Assembly (NCBI GenBank): GCA_965237525.1 | Contig: CBDEFO010000008.1 | Span: 1,792,001 to 1,856,000, forward strand | DNA length: 64,000 nt | Direction: 5' to 3' | Source of the DNA: Candidatus Latescibacterota bacterium | GTDB taxonomy: Bacteria; Latescibacterota; CBDEFO01 | Part shown: in pieces, positions 38,278 to 48,921 of the stretch | How the letters are laid out: each line of letters begins with the position of its first letter | Position numbering within the stretch: the stretch's first letter is position 1 | The notes under the pieces: model-generated | The model's input: only the letters and a program-made list of their open reading frames with translations | Databases searched by the model: none | Told to the model about the DNA's origin: nothing | Made by a program: the position numbers and the translations under genes

Positions 38278-38549
38278 AATTAAGGTGGAGTAGTACGGCA
38301 TGGAGAGCGCTAGTACTCGCGTGGAGAAATCCACACCAATACCGGCAAGTCCTTCTTTACTATCCTCAAGCGGGGAGTAGATGGCACCTTCTATCATGTC
38401 TCTAAGTAACCCGTTCACCGTCATACGGACGACTTCGCGTTCCGGCGGTCTCGCAGAAAGCTGACCGACGGCAAGCGTGCGGTGGAAATCATCCTATGCG
38501 CTGGCGAGAAGCGGCTGGGTAACCGAGAGCCAAAGCTCGGAAACTGTGC

Positions 38550-39425
38550 ATGAACAAGTACGTTCTCTACAACGTTGACGCCTTCGAGTGGTTGTCCGAA
38601 CAGCCGGTAGATTCCATACATGCTGTAGTCACTGATCCTCCTTACGGGCTTGTTGAGTACCGCGACCAAGAGTTGGAGAAAATGAAGCGTGGGCGGGGCG
38701 GCGTGTGGCGTATACCTCCTGCGTTTGATGGCGCGAAGCGAAGGCCATTACCCCGTTTCACCGTCCTGAGCGATAGGGATAAGGATAACCTCAACGGGTT
38801 TTTCTACCGCTTTGCCAAGCTCTTGCTGCCTATCTTGGTTCCTGGGGCTCACGTCTTTGTAGCGACGAACCCGCTTGTGTCCCACCTGGTCTATACACCG
38901 TTTGTTGAGAGGGGATTTGAGCCACGCGGCGAGGTAATCCGACTTGTTCAACGATTGAGGGGTGGCGACCGTCCAAAAAACGCACACAAGGAGTTCCCGG
39001 ACGTGACGGTGCTGCCGAAATCGTGTTGGGAGCCGTGGGGTCTCTTCCGTAAGCCGTGTGAGGGTCGCGTGCAGGACAATCTCCGCAAGTGGAGGACGGG
39101 GGGGCTGAGACGCATTTCGGATAAGGAACCATTCAAAGACTTGATACGGTCGTCCCCCACTAGACGGGATGAGTTCGGCTTGGCTTCTCACCCGTCGCTC
39201 AAGCCGCAACATTTCTTGCGCAAGATCGTAAGGGCGGCGCTCCCGTTCGGAGAGGGGGTCATTCTTGACCCCTTCATGGGATCGGGATCAACCATAGCTG
39301 CCGCAGAGACGCTCGGTCTACGCAGCATTGGCCTTGAGATCAGACGCGAATACTTCCAGATGGCTCTTGAGGCTATACCTAAGCTCGCAGCTTTCAAGGT
39401 GCAGGATCGGGAGAGCAATGGCTAG
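38550..39425 (+). CDS. beta-class N6A/N4C DNA methyltransferase
   Basis: VVTDPPY near N-terminus, HPSLKP, ILDPFMGSGST near C-terminus. Confidence 0.92.
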   Translation: MNKYVLYNVDAFEWLSEQPVDSIHAVVTDPPYGLVEYRDQELEKMKRGRGGVWRIPPAFDGAKRRPLPRFTVLSDRDKDNLNGFFYRFAKLLLPILVPGAHVFVATNPLVSHLVYTPFVERGFEPRGEVIRLVQRLRGGDRPKNAHKEFPDVTVLPKSCWEPWGLFRKPCEGRVQDNLRKWRTGGLRRISDKEPFKDLIRSSPTRRDEFGLASHPSLKPQHFLRKIVRAALPFGEGVILDPFMGSGSTIAAAETLGLRSIGLEIRREYFQMALEAIPKLAAFKVQDRESNG

Positions 39426-40023
39426 GCTTCAGGACTTCGATTCTGCCGTTCCGCTGCCGCCCGGTCTTGCAGTACGCGCCATCCGCTCGTCCATCGAGTA
39501 TATCGAGCGGGATTTGGATGATCTCCTTGATGTCTACTTTGAGCAAATGAACGTTTTTAGTGCCCTCGTGGGGATGTATGGCACCCGCGCCCTTGACCAG
39601 CACAGTGTCTACGAGAAGGTAAGACACACCGATATTGCTCAGACGCGCTTTCCCGACCTGAGGCGACGGGGAAGCGGTCAGCACCCACCCCCGAATGAGT
39701 GCCTCGAATCCAAAGCGAGCAAGAGGGTATGGGCGCTCCAATCGCATTACGACCATGAAGGATGGTATATCGTCTGGCGTTACATGGTTGATACGACCGC
39801 TTCGATTGAGCCTGACAAGCATGTTCTTATCTGGCGTGTGGATGTGGTGTACTTGCAGAGCAACGACTGGAAGTACGAGGGGAGCAAGGCCGGTGCCGAA
39901 GGAGGTGGCCGGACTCATACGTTCGGCTTGTGGAAACCGGCCACGAAGCTAAGGGGATGTAGTGTTTACAGGCGGTCGGATATCGCCATCTCAGGAGGTA
40001 AGCCGGTTCCGATCAATGGGTGA
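39418..40023 (+). CDS. Putative type II restriction endonuclease
   Basis: FPDL...LESKAS PD-(D/E)xK motif; ATG 39418 overlaps the MTase end. Confidence 0.6.
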   Translation: MARLQDFDSAVPLPPGLAVRAIRSSIEYIERDLDDLLDVYFEQMNVFSALVGMYGTRALDQHSVYEKVRHTDIAQTRFPDLRRRGSGQHPPPNECLESKASKRVWALQSHYDHEGWYIVWRYMVDTTASIEPDKHVLIWRVDVVYLQSNDWKYEGSKAGAEGGGRTHTFGLWKPATKLRGCSVYRRSDIAISGGKPVPING

Positions 40024-40336
40024 ACGAGCAGGAACCGGGATGCCAGCCAAGAAACCTGGCCCCAAACCGCTAACGCTCTCCTTATACCCTCTCCCCCCGA
40101 TGAGGCGCTGTCCGCGTTCATGGAGGTGGACCCGGGGAGAAGGTGAAGGCGAAAGAGAAGAGGTAGAAGGCCACAAGGCAGTAGACAAAATGTGGGTACT
40201 AACCGCCGTGGACGCTTTGTCAGGGAGTGGAGGCAGCAGCGCACGAAGTGCCGCCCCCTACTCCCTTTTTATTGACGAACAGGAGTCAACTGCTTAGATT
40301 TGCATCGGAGCAAGCTTTGGACAGACTGGAGGAAAT

Positions 40337-41179
40337 ATGCTATTAGGAGCACACACATCGGCTCAAGGAGGATTGGATAAGGCTGTTTTAGTGGCCGAGG
40401 AGATAGGCTGTAACACGGTTCAGATATTTACCAAAAACCCAAACCAGTGGAGGGGTTTCGAGCTTACAGATGAGATCACGGATGTGTTTAAGAAGGTCTG
40501 CAGGGATACGGGGATATATCCTGTAGTGGCTCACGATTCTTATCTGATTAACCTGGCTTCTCCACAAAAGATAACGTACGGAAGATCAATAGGGGCCTTC
40601 CACACGGAGATGAAAAGGGCGGAAGCCCTAGGCGTTTCATTTCTGGTGACTCATCCAGGGGCTCACAAAGATTCGGGAGAGAATGAGGGGATAAAGCGTC
40701 TGTCAGAGAGTATTAACAACGTGCACCACAAGACTCCTGGATTTCAACTTAAAATCCTGTTAGAGACTACGGCAGGTCAGGGGACGTATTTAGGACACAG
40801 ATTTGAGAACCTAACACAGATGATAGAGCTGATTGATGAAGACGAAAGAGTAGGCGTCTGTTTCGATACATGCCACGTGTTTGCGGCCGGATACGATATA
40901 AGAACAAGGGAGGGATATTACAAGACTTTGGAGGAGTTCGATAAGATTGTAGGATTTGATAGGCTTAAGGTAATTCACGCTAACGATTCCAAGAAGGAAT
41001 TGGGCAGCAGAGCGGACAGACACGAACATATAGGAGAGGGGCAGATAGGTCTGGAGGCGTTCAGGCTGTTGCTCAACGACGAAAGGTTCAAAGGAATACC
41101 GATGATAGTAGAGACTCCGGACTCTGAGACCATGCACAAGGTAAATCTGATGAGATTAAGGGACCTTATAGAGCCGTAG
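40337..41179 (+). CDS. nfo: Endonuclease IV
   Basis: HDSYLINLAS, HPGAH, LETTAGQG, CFDTCH, HANDSK, DRHEHIG. Confidence 0.96.
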   Translation: MLLGAHTSAQGGLDKAVLVAEEIGCNTVQIFTKNPNQWRGFELTDEITDVFKKVCRDTGIYPVVAHDSYLINLASPQKITYGRSIGAFHTEMKRAEALGVSFLVTHPGAHKDSGENEGIKRLSESINNVHHKTPGFQLKILLETTAGQGTYLGHRFENLTQMIELIDEDERVGVCFDTCHVFAAGYDIRTREGYYKTLEEFDKIVGFDRLKVIHANDSKKELGSRADRHEHIGEGQIGLEAFRLLLNDERFKGIPMIVETPDSETMHKVNLMRLRDLIEP

Positions 41180-41199
41180 AGTTCCGGCAAGAAAAATAC

Positions 41200-41228
41200 T
41201 TGACAAGTTTCGGGTTTGTCACTATACT
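41200..41228 (+). promoter_or_regulatory. sigma70-type promoter
   Basis: TTGACA-N17-TATACT. Confidence 0.7.
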
Positions 41229-41323
41229 AATTCCACACAAGTAGATAGAAGTGGTAGATAAAGTGACACCTTGCGCAATTCCAGATATTATGGAGATAAG
41301 GGGATCATGAAGGCAAGGAGATC

Positions 41324-44300
41324 ATGAAGGCTAAGACTTTGATTTTAATGTCTCTTATGTTTGGATTGTATTCCGATACAGAGGCAGCCTATACCCCTGA
41401 CATGGATTACGATGACCTTTATGAATCTGTGGATGAGGACAGGATAAGAGAAAATGTGGAGTTCCTGTCGTCTTTGGGATCGAGGGTCGTGGGTTATCCA
41501 GGTAGCGATACAGCGGCGGTGTACATACAGCGGCAGTTTGAAAGAATTGGGCTTCAGGATGTAAGGTCGGAGGAGTACACGATGGTTATTCCGGTGGACA
41601 AGGGAGGGAGTCTTAGCATCATAGGCGAAGATAAGAAGATAAGGCTCTACTCGATATGGCCCAATTTAGTTAAGACATCTACGCTGCCTGAGGGTGGAAT
41701 AAGAGGGAATTTGATATACGGAGGGTCGGGAGAATTTTCAGCCTTCAACGGGAAGGATGTGGAGGGGAGTATAACTCTTATGGAGTTTAACACGTGGAAT
41801 AACTGGCTGAATGCTGCGATGTTAGGGACACAGGCTGTGATTTTCATTGAGCCTGACGAGACGGTGCACCTGGAAGCCGAGCAAAAATTTGTCCAAGTTC
41901 CTTTAAGCGTCGAAAGGTTCTGGATCTCCAAGGAGGAAGGCCGATATCTGTTAGAACGATTGAAAGAGGCGGATATTCAGGTCCACATGGAGGCGAGGAT
42001 GGACTGGGAAAGGAGACCGGCGTGGAACATTATGGGAACCATACCTGGGTACGACGCAGTGTTGAAGGATGAGATAATAGCCATTCAGTCCTATTACGAT
42101 GCGATGTCGGTAGTTCCTGCACTGGCTCCAGGCGCGGAGATGTCATCTGGCGTTGTTGGACTCTTGGAGCTGGCAAGGTATTTCAGGGAGCATCCTTCCA
42201 GAAGGACATTGATATTTCTGGCGACTTCGGCTCACCATCTGGGATTAAGAGGCATAAGCGATTTCCTTCAGAGGCACCACAGGAGGGAGGAACATTACGT
42301 CAAGATGATGGAAGAGCCTATAGACATAAAGCTGTTTATAGGACTGGATCTGTCCTCGCGGACCGATGAGTTGGGGATATGGAACAGCAGTTCGGGCTTT
42401 TCTCACAAGCGTTTCTTCGCTCCGTTCGGCAGGACCTTTGTGAATCTTGCAGAAAGAGTAGGTAAGGCATTAGGTTTAGATCCGAAAGGCGTTTTGGCAA
42501 ACGGCATCAGTCCCGTGACCGGAATCAGTTGGGAGACGTTTATCCCCGGGGGATCTATAAATGTGGACAGTGAGGTCGTGTTCCGCATGGGGACCCCATC
42601 TTTGTCTTTTGTGACTATCAACGACGGAAGATTTCTGGCGGATACTCCCTTCGATGTGCCGAAGAAGATGAACTTTTCTAACCTTGCGACTCAGATCAGA
42701 GTACTGGCGGGGATGTTCTATATGGCGTTCGACGATCCGCGCCTCTTTCCAGACCTCAAGGAGAGGCAGAAAGATACCCTCAAAGGAGTTTTAGGTCGGG
42801 TGGCCACGCTTACCAGAGGCAGCGTAACACCGGATCATCCAGTAGCGGGGGCTGTGGCGGTTTTAAGGACGGGAGGAAAGTCGCAAAAAGGTGTCAGGGG
42901 CACGCACTACGAGATCACAGACGCAGATGGCCTCTTTCAAGTCAATAGCATCTTAGTAAGTAACCTGGCTGTTGAGGCTTACTACATCGATCCTTATACG
43001 GGGAATATCACGTACGCACCAAACAAAGGGGGACAGTCTAAGATATATGGTGCTGAGTTCACTGCAGATTGGTGGCAGACAAAGACAGTCACCGAGCTCT
43101 TTCAGTGTGTCTCGACCGACTTTTACGATACTGTGGATCCGAGGTACTTGACCAAGCTTCAGGAAGTGGTGGTTTACGACGAGAGCAATACAGCCCCAAA
43201 CGACTTCGGATATTCGATAGGCTATGGGCCGACCGAGCCTATAGGGGTGCTCTTTACACGACCGGGAGAGAAAGTTAAGATCTCTATGAGTGCGGGGATG
43301 TTCGGCGTACGATACCTCTTGACCAATTCTACCAAACAGGTAGAAGATACCTTAACGGTCTCCCTCGATGCCCCGGTCCTCCTGCGCACAGACGACGCGA
43401 AGATCGAAAAAGGTTCCTTTAAGCTTATCGATTCTGGAGGAACGCTCCTTAGGGTTGGAGTTGACTACACGGTAGACTACAAACACGGAACTATAACGGC
43501 TCTTTCTTCCGGTGGGGGACTCGTTGACGGAGTTGACTATAATATCAGCTATCGCATATTCCCACAAAATGAAGAGGAAGCAACGGGGGTGGGGTTTGAG
43601 ACTTTAGATCACGGGGCGCTCATCAGGACTTCCTTTTTAGCTGCCAGGGACATGTGGAATCTGGATGAAGCCAGGATCAACGAGCTTAAGAAGTACTCCA
43701 TAGAGAATAAGAGGCTGGATTTACTCCACAATACCGCTGGGATGCAGTTGGATCTGGCGCAGAAGGCTATGGAGGATAAGAGATGGGACGATTTTATTAA
43801 GTATACCAGAGCTGCGATGGGCATAGAGTCAAGGGCCTATCCTGATGTCAGAGACACTCAAAATGACGTGGTAAGGGGGATAATATTCTCTATGGTTCTG
43901 GTGCTCCCATGCGCCTATTTCCTGGAGAGGCTGCTCTTTTCCTTTGCGACCATTCAGGGCAGAATATTGGGGTTCATCGGAGTATTCATAGTGATATGGT
44001 TCTTTATGTCTTTAGTTCATCCTGCATTTGAACTATCCAACCCGTTTGTGATACTGTTAGCATTTGTAATTTTGGCTTTGGCGGTATTCGTGATGTCTAT
44101 GGTATTTTCCAAATTCGACGTTCAGATGAAAAACTTAAGAAAAGAAGCGGCCATAGTGCACGATACGGACGTTGGCAGGATGTCTGCGTCTATGACCGCT
44201 TTTTCTTTGGGTGTATCCAATATGAGGAGGAGGAAGCTTAGAACAGGGCTGACTTTGGTGACTATCCTGCTTTTGACGTTTACAGTCCTGTCGTTCTCGT

Positions 44301-45967
44301 CTATAAAGACCAAGTTGAGGTTCAACCAGGTTCCGATGGATGATGAGGGGATATACGAGGGTGCTCTTATACGGAACAGGACGTGGGGGGGGCTGGAGCA
44401 GTCGGCATACGACTATGCAAAGTCCGATTTCGAGGACATGGCTGTAGTGGTTCCCAGGAGTTGGTACACCTTTAGGTCCAAGAATTTCATCAAGGTTAAG
44501 TGGGAAGACAAATCGGTGAACGCCTTCGGGGTCTTAGGCGTAACTGCCGACGAGCAGGAGGTGACGGGATTGGACAGGTGTTTACTAGTTGGGAAATGGT
44601 TTGATGAGGACGACAGATATGTCTGCATCATTCCGACGGACATGGCAAGCAAATTGGAGATAGGCTTTGAGGATGTTGGCACGGCAACGGTCAGGCTCTT
44701 CGGGGAGATGTTCACTGTGGTGGGGATTATAGATTCCAGAAAGGCGGAGCACGTAAAGGACCTAGATGGAGAGGTCCTGACCCCGGCGGACTTCAAGGAG
44801 ACAGGCGGACAGATGATTCAGATGACGGCTCAAAGGGAGCAGGAGGAAAGACAGGGTTTGACCGACAGACCGCCTGTGATAGAGGCATTTGAGCATCTGA
44901 AGATGGATAATGTGCTGATCGTCCCATACAGGACCCTGCGGGAAGTCGGAGGTTCGCTCAGGTCTGTGGCTGTGAAGTTCAACGAGGGGGTGGAAGTAGT
45001 AGGCCTGATAGAAAATTTCATCTCCAGGCTGGCTGTGACCCTTTTTGCCGGGATCAAGAACGAGGAGACGGGGCGAATAGATGTCTCCGTTTACAGTTCT
45101 CTGGGATTGACTACATTCAGGGGGTTGACCAATCTCTTTATCCCGATGTTGATCGCCGCTTTGATAGTCCTAAATACGATGATGGGGGCCGTCCATGAGC
45201 GATTCAGGGAGATAAGTATATATTCTTCCGTAGGGTTGGCCCCTGTGCACATCTCTTTTCTTTTTATCGCAGAGGCGTGCGTCTATGCGGTCTTAGGGGT
45301 GGTATCCGGGTATCTGGTGGGACAGGGTGTGGCAAAGGTGTTGATATTGGGAGGGTGGCTTTCCGGTTTCACGCTGAACTATTCCTCAATGTCGACCGTT
45401 ATGTCGGCACTTTTGGTGATGATCGTGGTCATGCTTTCGACTCTGTATCCTGCAAAGAAGGCCGCAAGTATAGCTGTGCCCGACGTGATGAGGAGGTGGA
45501 AGATACCCGAGCCAGATGGGGACGACTGGACATTCGATTTTCCGTTTACCGTAGGCGGAGCGGATGTACTGGGAATATGCACCTTCTTGATGGACTATTT
45601 CGACGCCTACAGCGAGGAGTCTGTGGGGATATTCTACACTCAAAATGCGAGGCTCTCAGGTCGTGAGACGCCAAAGGGGACAGGTTACAGCATAGATATG
45701 GATATATGGCTGGCTCCTTACGATCAGGGGGTAAGTCAACACATAGAGTTCAGCGCGAATCCGACAGGCGCGCATAATGTGTATGATATAGAGTTGTACA
45801 TAAGGCGGGTCAGCGGTCAGGATGTGTCTTGGAAGAGGGCAAATCAGAGGCTTATGAACGTGATAAGGAAACAGTTCTTAATCTGGAGGACTATCCCTGC
45901 TGATGCAAAGGACGAATACAGACAGAAGGGAGCAAATCTGCTTGAGGAACAGGCTGTTGTGGCATAA
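41324..45967 (+). CDS. M28-peptidase-like domain fused to FtsX/MacB-like permease
   Basis: Signal peptide, SRVVGYPG, PA-like insert, APGAE, RRTLIFLATSAH, IGLDLS; C-terminal NMRRRKLRTGLT and VHERFREISIYSSVGLAP plus TM helices. Confidence 0.8.
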   Translation: MKAKTLILMSLMFGLYSDTEAAYTPDMDYDDLYESVDEDRIRENVEFLSSLGSRVVGYPGSDTAAVYIQRQFERIGLQDVRSEEYTMVIPVDKGGSLSIIGEDKKIRLYSIWPNLVKTSTLPEGGIRGNLIYGGSGEFSAFNGKDVEGSITLMEFNTWNNWLNAAMLGTQAVIFIEPDETVHLEAEQKFVQVPLSVERFWISKEEGRYLLERLKEADIQVHMEARMDWERRPAWNIMGTIPGYDAVLKDEIIAIQSYYDAMSVVPALAPGAEMSSGVVGLLELARYFREHPSRRTLIFLATSAHHLGLRGISDFLQRHHRREEHYVKMMEEPIDIKLFIGLDLSSRTDELGIWNSSSGFSHKRFFAPFGRTFVNLAERVGKALGLDPKGVLANGISPVTGISWETFIPGGSINVDSEVVFRMGTPSLSFVTINDGRFLADTPFDVPKKMNFSNLATQIRVLAGMFYMAFDDPRLFPDLKERQKDTLKGVLGRVATLTRGSVTPDHPVAGAVAVLRTGGKSQKGVRGTHYEITDADGLFQVNSILVSNLAVEAYYIDPYTGNITYAPNKGGQSKIYGAEFTADWWQTKTVTELFQCVSTDFYDTVDPRYLTKLQEVVVYDESNTAPNDFGYSIGYGPTEPIGVLFTRPGEKVKISMSAGMFGVRYLLTNSTKQVEDTLTVSLDAPVLLRTDDAKIEKGSFKLIDSGGTLLRVGVDYTVDYKHGTITALSSGGGLVDGVDYNISYRIFPQNEEEATGVGFETLDHGALIRTSFLAARDMWNLDEARINELKKYSIENKRLDLLHNTAGMQLDLAQKAMEDKRWDDFIKYTRAAMGIESRAYPDVRDTQNDVVRGIIFSMVLVLPCAYFLERLLFSFATIQGRILGFIGVFIVIWFFMSLVHPAFELSNPFVILLAFVILALAVFVMSMVFSKFDVQMKNLRKEAAIVHDTDVGRMSASMTAFSLGVSNMRRRKLRTGLTLVTILLLTFTVLSFSSIKTKLRFNQVPMDDEGIYEGALIRNRTWGGLEQSAYDYAKSDFEDMAVVVPRSWYTFRSKNFIKVKWEDKSVNAFGVLGVTADEQEVTGLDRCLLVGKWFDEDDRYVCIIPTDMASKLEIGFEDVGTATVRLFGEMFTVVGIIDSRKAEHVKDLDGEVLTPADFKETGGQMIQMTAQREQEERQGLTDRPPVIEAFEHLKMDNVLIVPYRTLREVGGSLRSVAVKFNEGVEVVGLIENFISRLAVTLFAGIKNEETGRIDVSVYSSLGLTTFRGLTNLFIPMLIAALIVLNTMMGAVHERFREISIYSSVGLAPVHISFLFIAEACVYAVLGVVSGYLVGQGVAKVLILGGWLSGFTLNYSSMSTVMSALLVMIVVMLSTLYPAKKAASIAVPDVMRRWKIPEPDGDDWTFDFPFTVGGADVLGICTFLMDYFDAYSEESVGIFYTQNARLSGRETPKGTGYSIDMDIWLAPYDQGVSQHIEFSANPTGAHNVYDIELYIRRVSGQDVSWKRANQRLMNVIRKQFLIWRTIPADAKDEYRQKGANLLEEQAVVA

Positions 45968-45995
45968 AGCAGACAGGGAAAGACAGTAGACGTAT

Positions 45996-46099
45996 GTAGG
46001 GGCGAACCGGTGCGGCAGTGCGCAGAGAGTGATATGGCAACAAGCCCAAAAGTGGTTCGCCCAGATTGTCAGGGCAGACCCGCAGGTCTGCCCCAGTAC
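45996..46099. repeat. GTAG-type REP-like doublet
   Basis: GTAGGGGCGAACC...GGTTCGCCC and GGGCAGACC..GGTCTGCCCC. Confidence 0.65.
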
Positions 46100-46255
46100 T
46101 TTCTGTCGCTGGATTTGGGTGACATTTCTTGAAATGGCAGCTATACTTTTCTGCATGGTGGTTCTAACATTCCTGTCTGACATTAGATCAGTCAGAACAG
46201 AGGTACATGTCTGTTGGCCCGCTATTTGTGAGGCCAAAATGGAAGGGGCAATTCT

Positions 46256-48907
46256 TTGTTAGGGCGCAAGGGCGGCTCTCAATATGAGGAGATCGAAGAG
46301 TACAGGGATCTTCTGCACCCTCCCGAGCAGTTCGAGGAGGGATTCACCATAAGGACTATTATAGGGGCGCTGTTCATCTCTGTAATTATGGTCCCCGGCA
46401 ATATGTATTTGGACTTGATGATCGGAGGAGGAATAGGTGCTGCGGCTCAGTGGGTGACGATCATCCTCTTTATGGAGATCGCTAAGAGGTCGTTTGTGAC
46501 GATGAAAAAGCAGGAGATTTACCTGCTTTTATATGTGTCCAGCGCTTTAGTGGCGGCGGAGACAGGGATGTTTGAAGGTCTTATATGGAGCCAGTATTTC
46601 GTGCAATCTCCTGCGGCACAACAGTTCGGCATAGCCAAACTTATCCCCCATTGGGTGTCTCCTCAACCTGAATCTGAGGCGATAATAAACAGGACGTTTC
46701 TCCATAAGGATTGGCTGTATGCTATTCTACTTTTGGTTTTAGGTACTGTGTTTGGAAAGTTAGCGTGGTTTACGGGGGGCTATGTGCTCTTTAGAGTTAC
46801 GTCCGATTACGAAAGATTACCCTATCCCTTCGCTCCGATTGCAGCCCACGGGGCGATGGCTCTGGCGGAGGAGAGCAGCGGCCAGGAGACCTGGAGATGG
46901 AGACTCTTTTCGGTCGGAGCCGTAATAGGGATGGTATGGGGCGTCTTATATGTAGGGGTTCCCACTATCACGGGCGCACTGGCGGCCGAGCCTATTCAGC
47001 TGATTCCGATTCCGTTCTGGGATGTCACACAGTACACGGGATATTTTCTCCCTGCGGCGCCTATGGGAATTACGCTCCATCTGGGGCCTATCTTCGCGGG
47101 ATTGGTGGCTCCTTACTGGGGTATAATAGGATCGGTCATAGGGGCGGTATTTTATACAGTGGCGAACCCTATTTTGTATCACAACGGCCTTCTGCCAAGC
47201 TGGTTTTTAGGGATGGATACGATCCAGACCCAGATGGTTATTACGATAGATTTTTGGATGAGCTTTTCTATCGGAATAACCTTCACACTTGCGGTTATAG
47301 GCTTCTACCAGCTATTTGTAGGTGTAAAGGCGAAAAAAGAGGAGGAAGCCGAGTCTCCAAAGCCTAAAAGGACCATAGCGCCGCCCCCGGGGAGAGGAGA
47401 TTTCAGGATTTGGGTATGCCTCTTGGTCTTCGGGATAGCCAGCCTTTACGGGATTGTCCTTGCCAAGGTCTTATTTCCGGATCTGGTCAGCGGGTCGCTC
47501 CTTATGTTCTTGATCTTCTTCGGTTTCGTCTATACTCCGGTGATGTCGTGGATAAACGCTCGCCTGATCGGCATGGTGGGCCAGACTGTGTCCTTGCCTT
47601 ACGTGAAGGAGACGACCATATTTTTGAGCGGCTTCAGGGGCATAGATATATGGTTCGTGCCATTTCCACTGGGAGATTACGGAGCTCAGGCTAGCAAGTT
47701 CAGGGAGATCGAACTTACGGGATTGAAATTTACAAGCATAGTAAAGGCTGAGATTTTTATGGTGCCTCTTGTGTTCATCATGAGCTTTCTGTACTGGTCT
47801 TATATATGGAAGTTATCCCCGATCCCCTCAGCGACGTATCCTTACGCTCAGAAGATGTGGCCCTTGAGGGCATTTCAGTCGTGCATATTTCTTACGAGCA
47901 CTATAAGGGGTGAAGCTAACGTCAAAGAGGACCAGAAGGACAAGGGTTCGTGGAGCACTCCCAATCTGATTGACGGCTATTGGTGGTTCTGGAGAGTCAG
48001 GGCAACGTACGACGTGGATGTTGAGGATCCTGACCAAAGAAGATATGGGGAGTGGTCAGAAATTGGCCATTTCTACACGGATTTCGAAGGCCTGGGTCTG
48101 CCGTCTATTCCGCTTCCGAGGATTCCGGAGAAAGTTCGCGGTGAGGAACCAGAAGAAGGAACGCCTCCTGCGCCTGTGATAGTAAGTCCCCAAGACGGTG
48201 TGATGGTGAACTCGCCGACGGTCAATTTGAACATTCTTCCACCAGAAGGTTATGAAGGAGAGGTGACCTACGACGTTGAAGATTTCGGTCCAGGAATTTC
48301 ATCCAAGTTAAAGGGGGTTTTGAAAGGCCGGAACCTGGTGATGGTCTTTGCTTCTTCAGATCCAGAAGAGGAAACTCCTTCAGTTGAATCAGAAGAGCCG
48401 CACGAGAAAGTTCCTCTTGATATACCAGATATGGAGGATCTTATAGCTCAGATGGATGTGGAGTCAAAAGAGCCATTAGTGGTAGAGGGCGGACGACTTA
48501 TAGCTTACCTCCAGTTTGAGGTGGACCAGGTACCGACATTCGATGGCACTGACCATCAGACTTCGGACGACAAACCCCTCTTTTTCAAAGCGATAAAGCC
48601 AGAGGTGATAGGAGTCGGGTTTTTAACCTCGCTATTATCCTTTGTCACACTGTCCGTCTTTGGCCTTCCGATCCTTCTGATCTTCGGCTTTGTGCATGGT
48701 ATGATTTCTCTTCCGCATTTCATACTACCGTCAATAATCGGAGCGTTGCTGGCGAAGTACTATTTCTGGCCGAAGTATGGGAAAAAGCAGTGGAGGCTAT
48801 ACGCCACTGTGCTGACTGTGGGTTTCGGCGTGGGGATGTCTTTGATGGGTATGGCGTCGGTGGCGATTTCGATAATTCAAAAGTCCGTCACGACGATACT
48901 CTTCTAA
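46256..48907 (+). CDS. OPT-like oligopeptide transporter with soluble FN3/Ig-like insert
   Basis: FEEGFTIRTIIGALF, ERLPYPFAPI, PIPSATYPYAQKMW; many TM helices; polar insert at ~47900-48580. Confidence 0.7.
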   Translation: MLGRKGGSQYEEIEEYRDLLHPPEQFEEGFTIRTIIGALFISVIMVPGNMYLDLMIGGGIGAAAQWVTIILFMEIAKRSFVTMKKQEIYLLLYVSSALVAAETGMFEGLIWSQYFVQSPAAQQFGIAKLIPHWVSPQPESEAIINRTFLHKDWLYAILLLVLGTVFGKLAWFTGGYVLFRVTSDYERLPYPFAPIAAHGAMALAEESSGQETWRWRLFSVGAVIGMVWGVLYVGVPTITGALAAEPIQLIPIPFWDVTQYTGYFLPAAPMGITLHLGPIFAGLVAPYWGIIGSVIGAVFYTVANPILYHNGLLPSWFLGMDTIQTQMVITIDFWMSFSIGITFTLAVIGFYQLFVGVKAKKEEEAESPKPKRTIAPPPGRGDFRIWVCLLVFGIASLYGIVLAKVLFPDLVSGSLLMFLIFFGFVYTPVMSWINARLIGMVGQTVSLPYVKETTIFLSGFRGIDIWFVPFPLGDYGAQASKFREIELTGLKFTSIVKAEIFMVPLVFIMSFLYWSYIWKLSPIPSATYPYAQKMWPLRAFQSCIFLTSTIRGEANVKEDQKDKGSWSTPNLIDGYWWFWRVRATYDVDVEDPDQRRYGEWSEIGHFYTDFEGLGLPSIPLPRIPEKVRGEEPEEGTPPAPVIVSPQDGVMVNSPTVNLNILPPEGYEGEVTYDVEDFGPGISSKLKGVLKGRNLVMVFASSDPEEETPSVESEEPHEKVPLDIPDMEDLIAQMDVESKEPLVVEGGRLIAYLQFEVDQVPTFDGTDHQTSDDKPLFFKAIKPEVIGVGFLTSLLSFVTLSVFGLPILLIFGFVHGMISLPHFILPSIIGALLAKYYFWPKYGKKQWRLYATVLTVGFGVGMSLMGMASVAISIIQKSVTTILF

Positions 48908-48921
48908 TACAGCAAAAGGCA

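Larger units (their letters stand above)
38303..40207 (+). mobile_element. Decayed IS1595-like element carrying the MTase/nuclease pair
   Basis: Transposase C-terminal stub DDFAFRRSRRKLTDGKRAVEIILCAGEKRL (38422-38553); degenerate IR cores TAGTACTCGC / GTGGGTACTA; higher GC than flanks. Confidence 0.5.

Noticed and set aside
46029..46262. 77-aa ORF between the two transporter genes
   Set aside because: It is composed of REP-like palindromes and has no coding signal.
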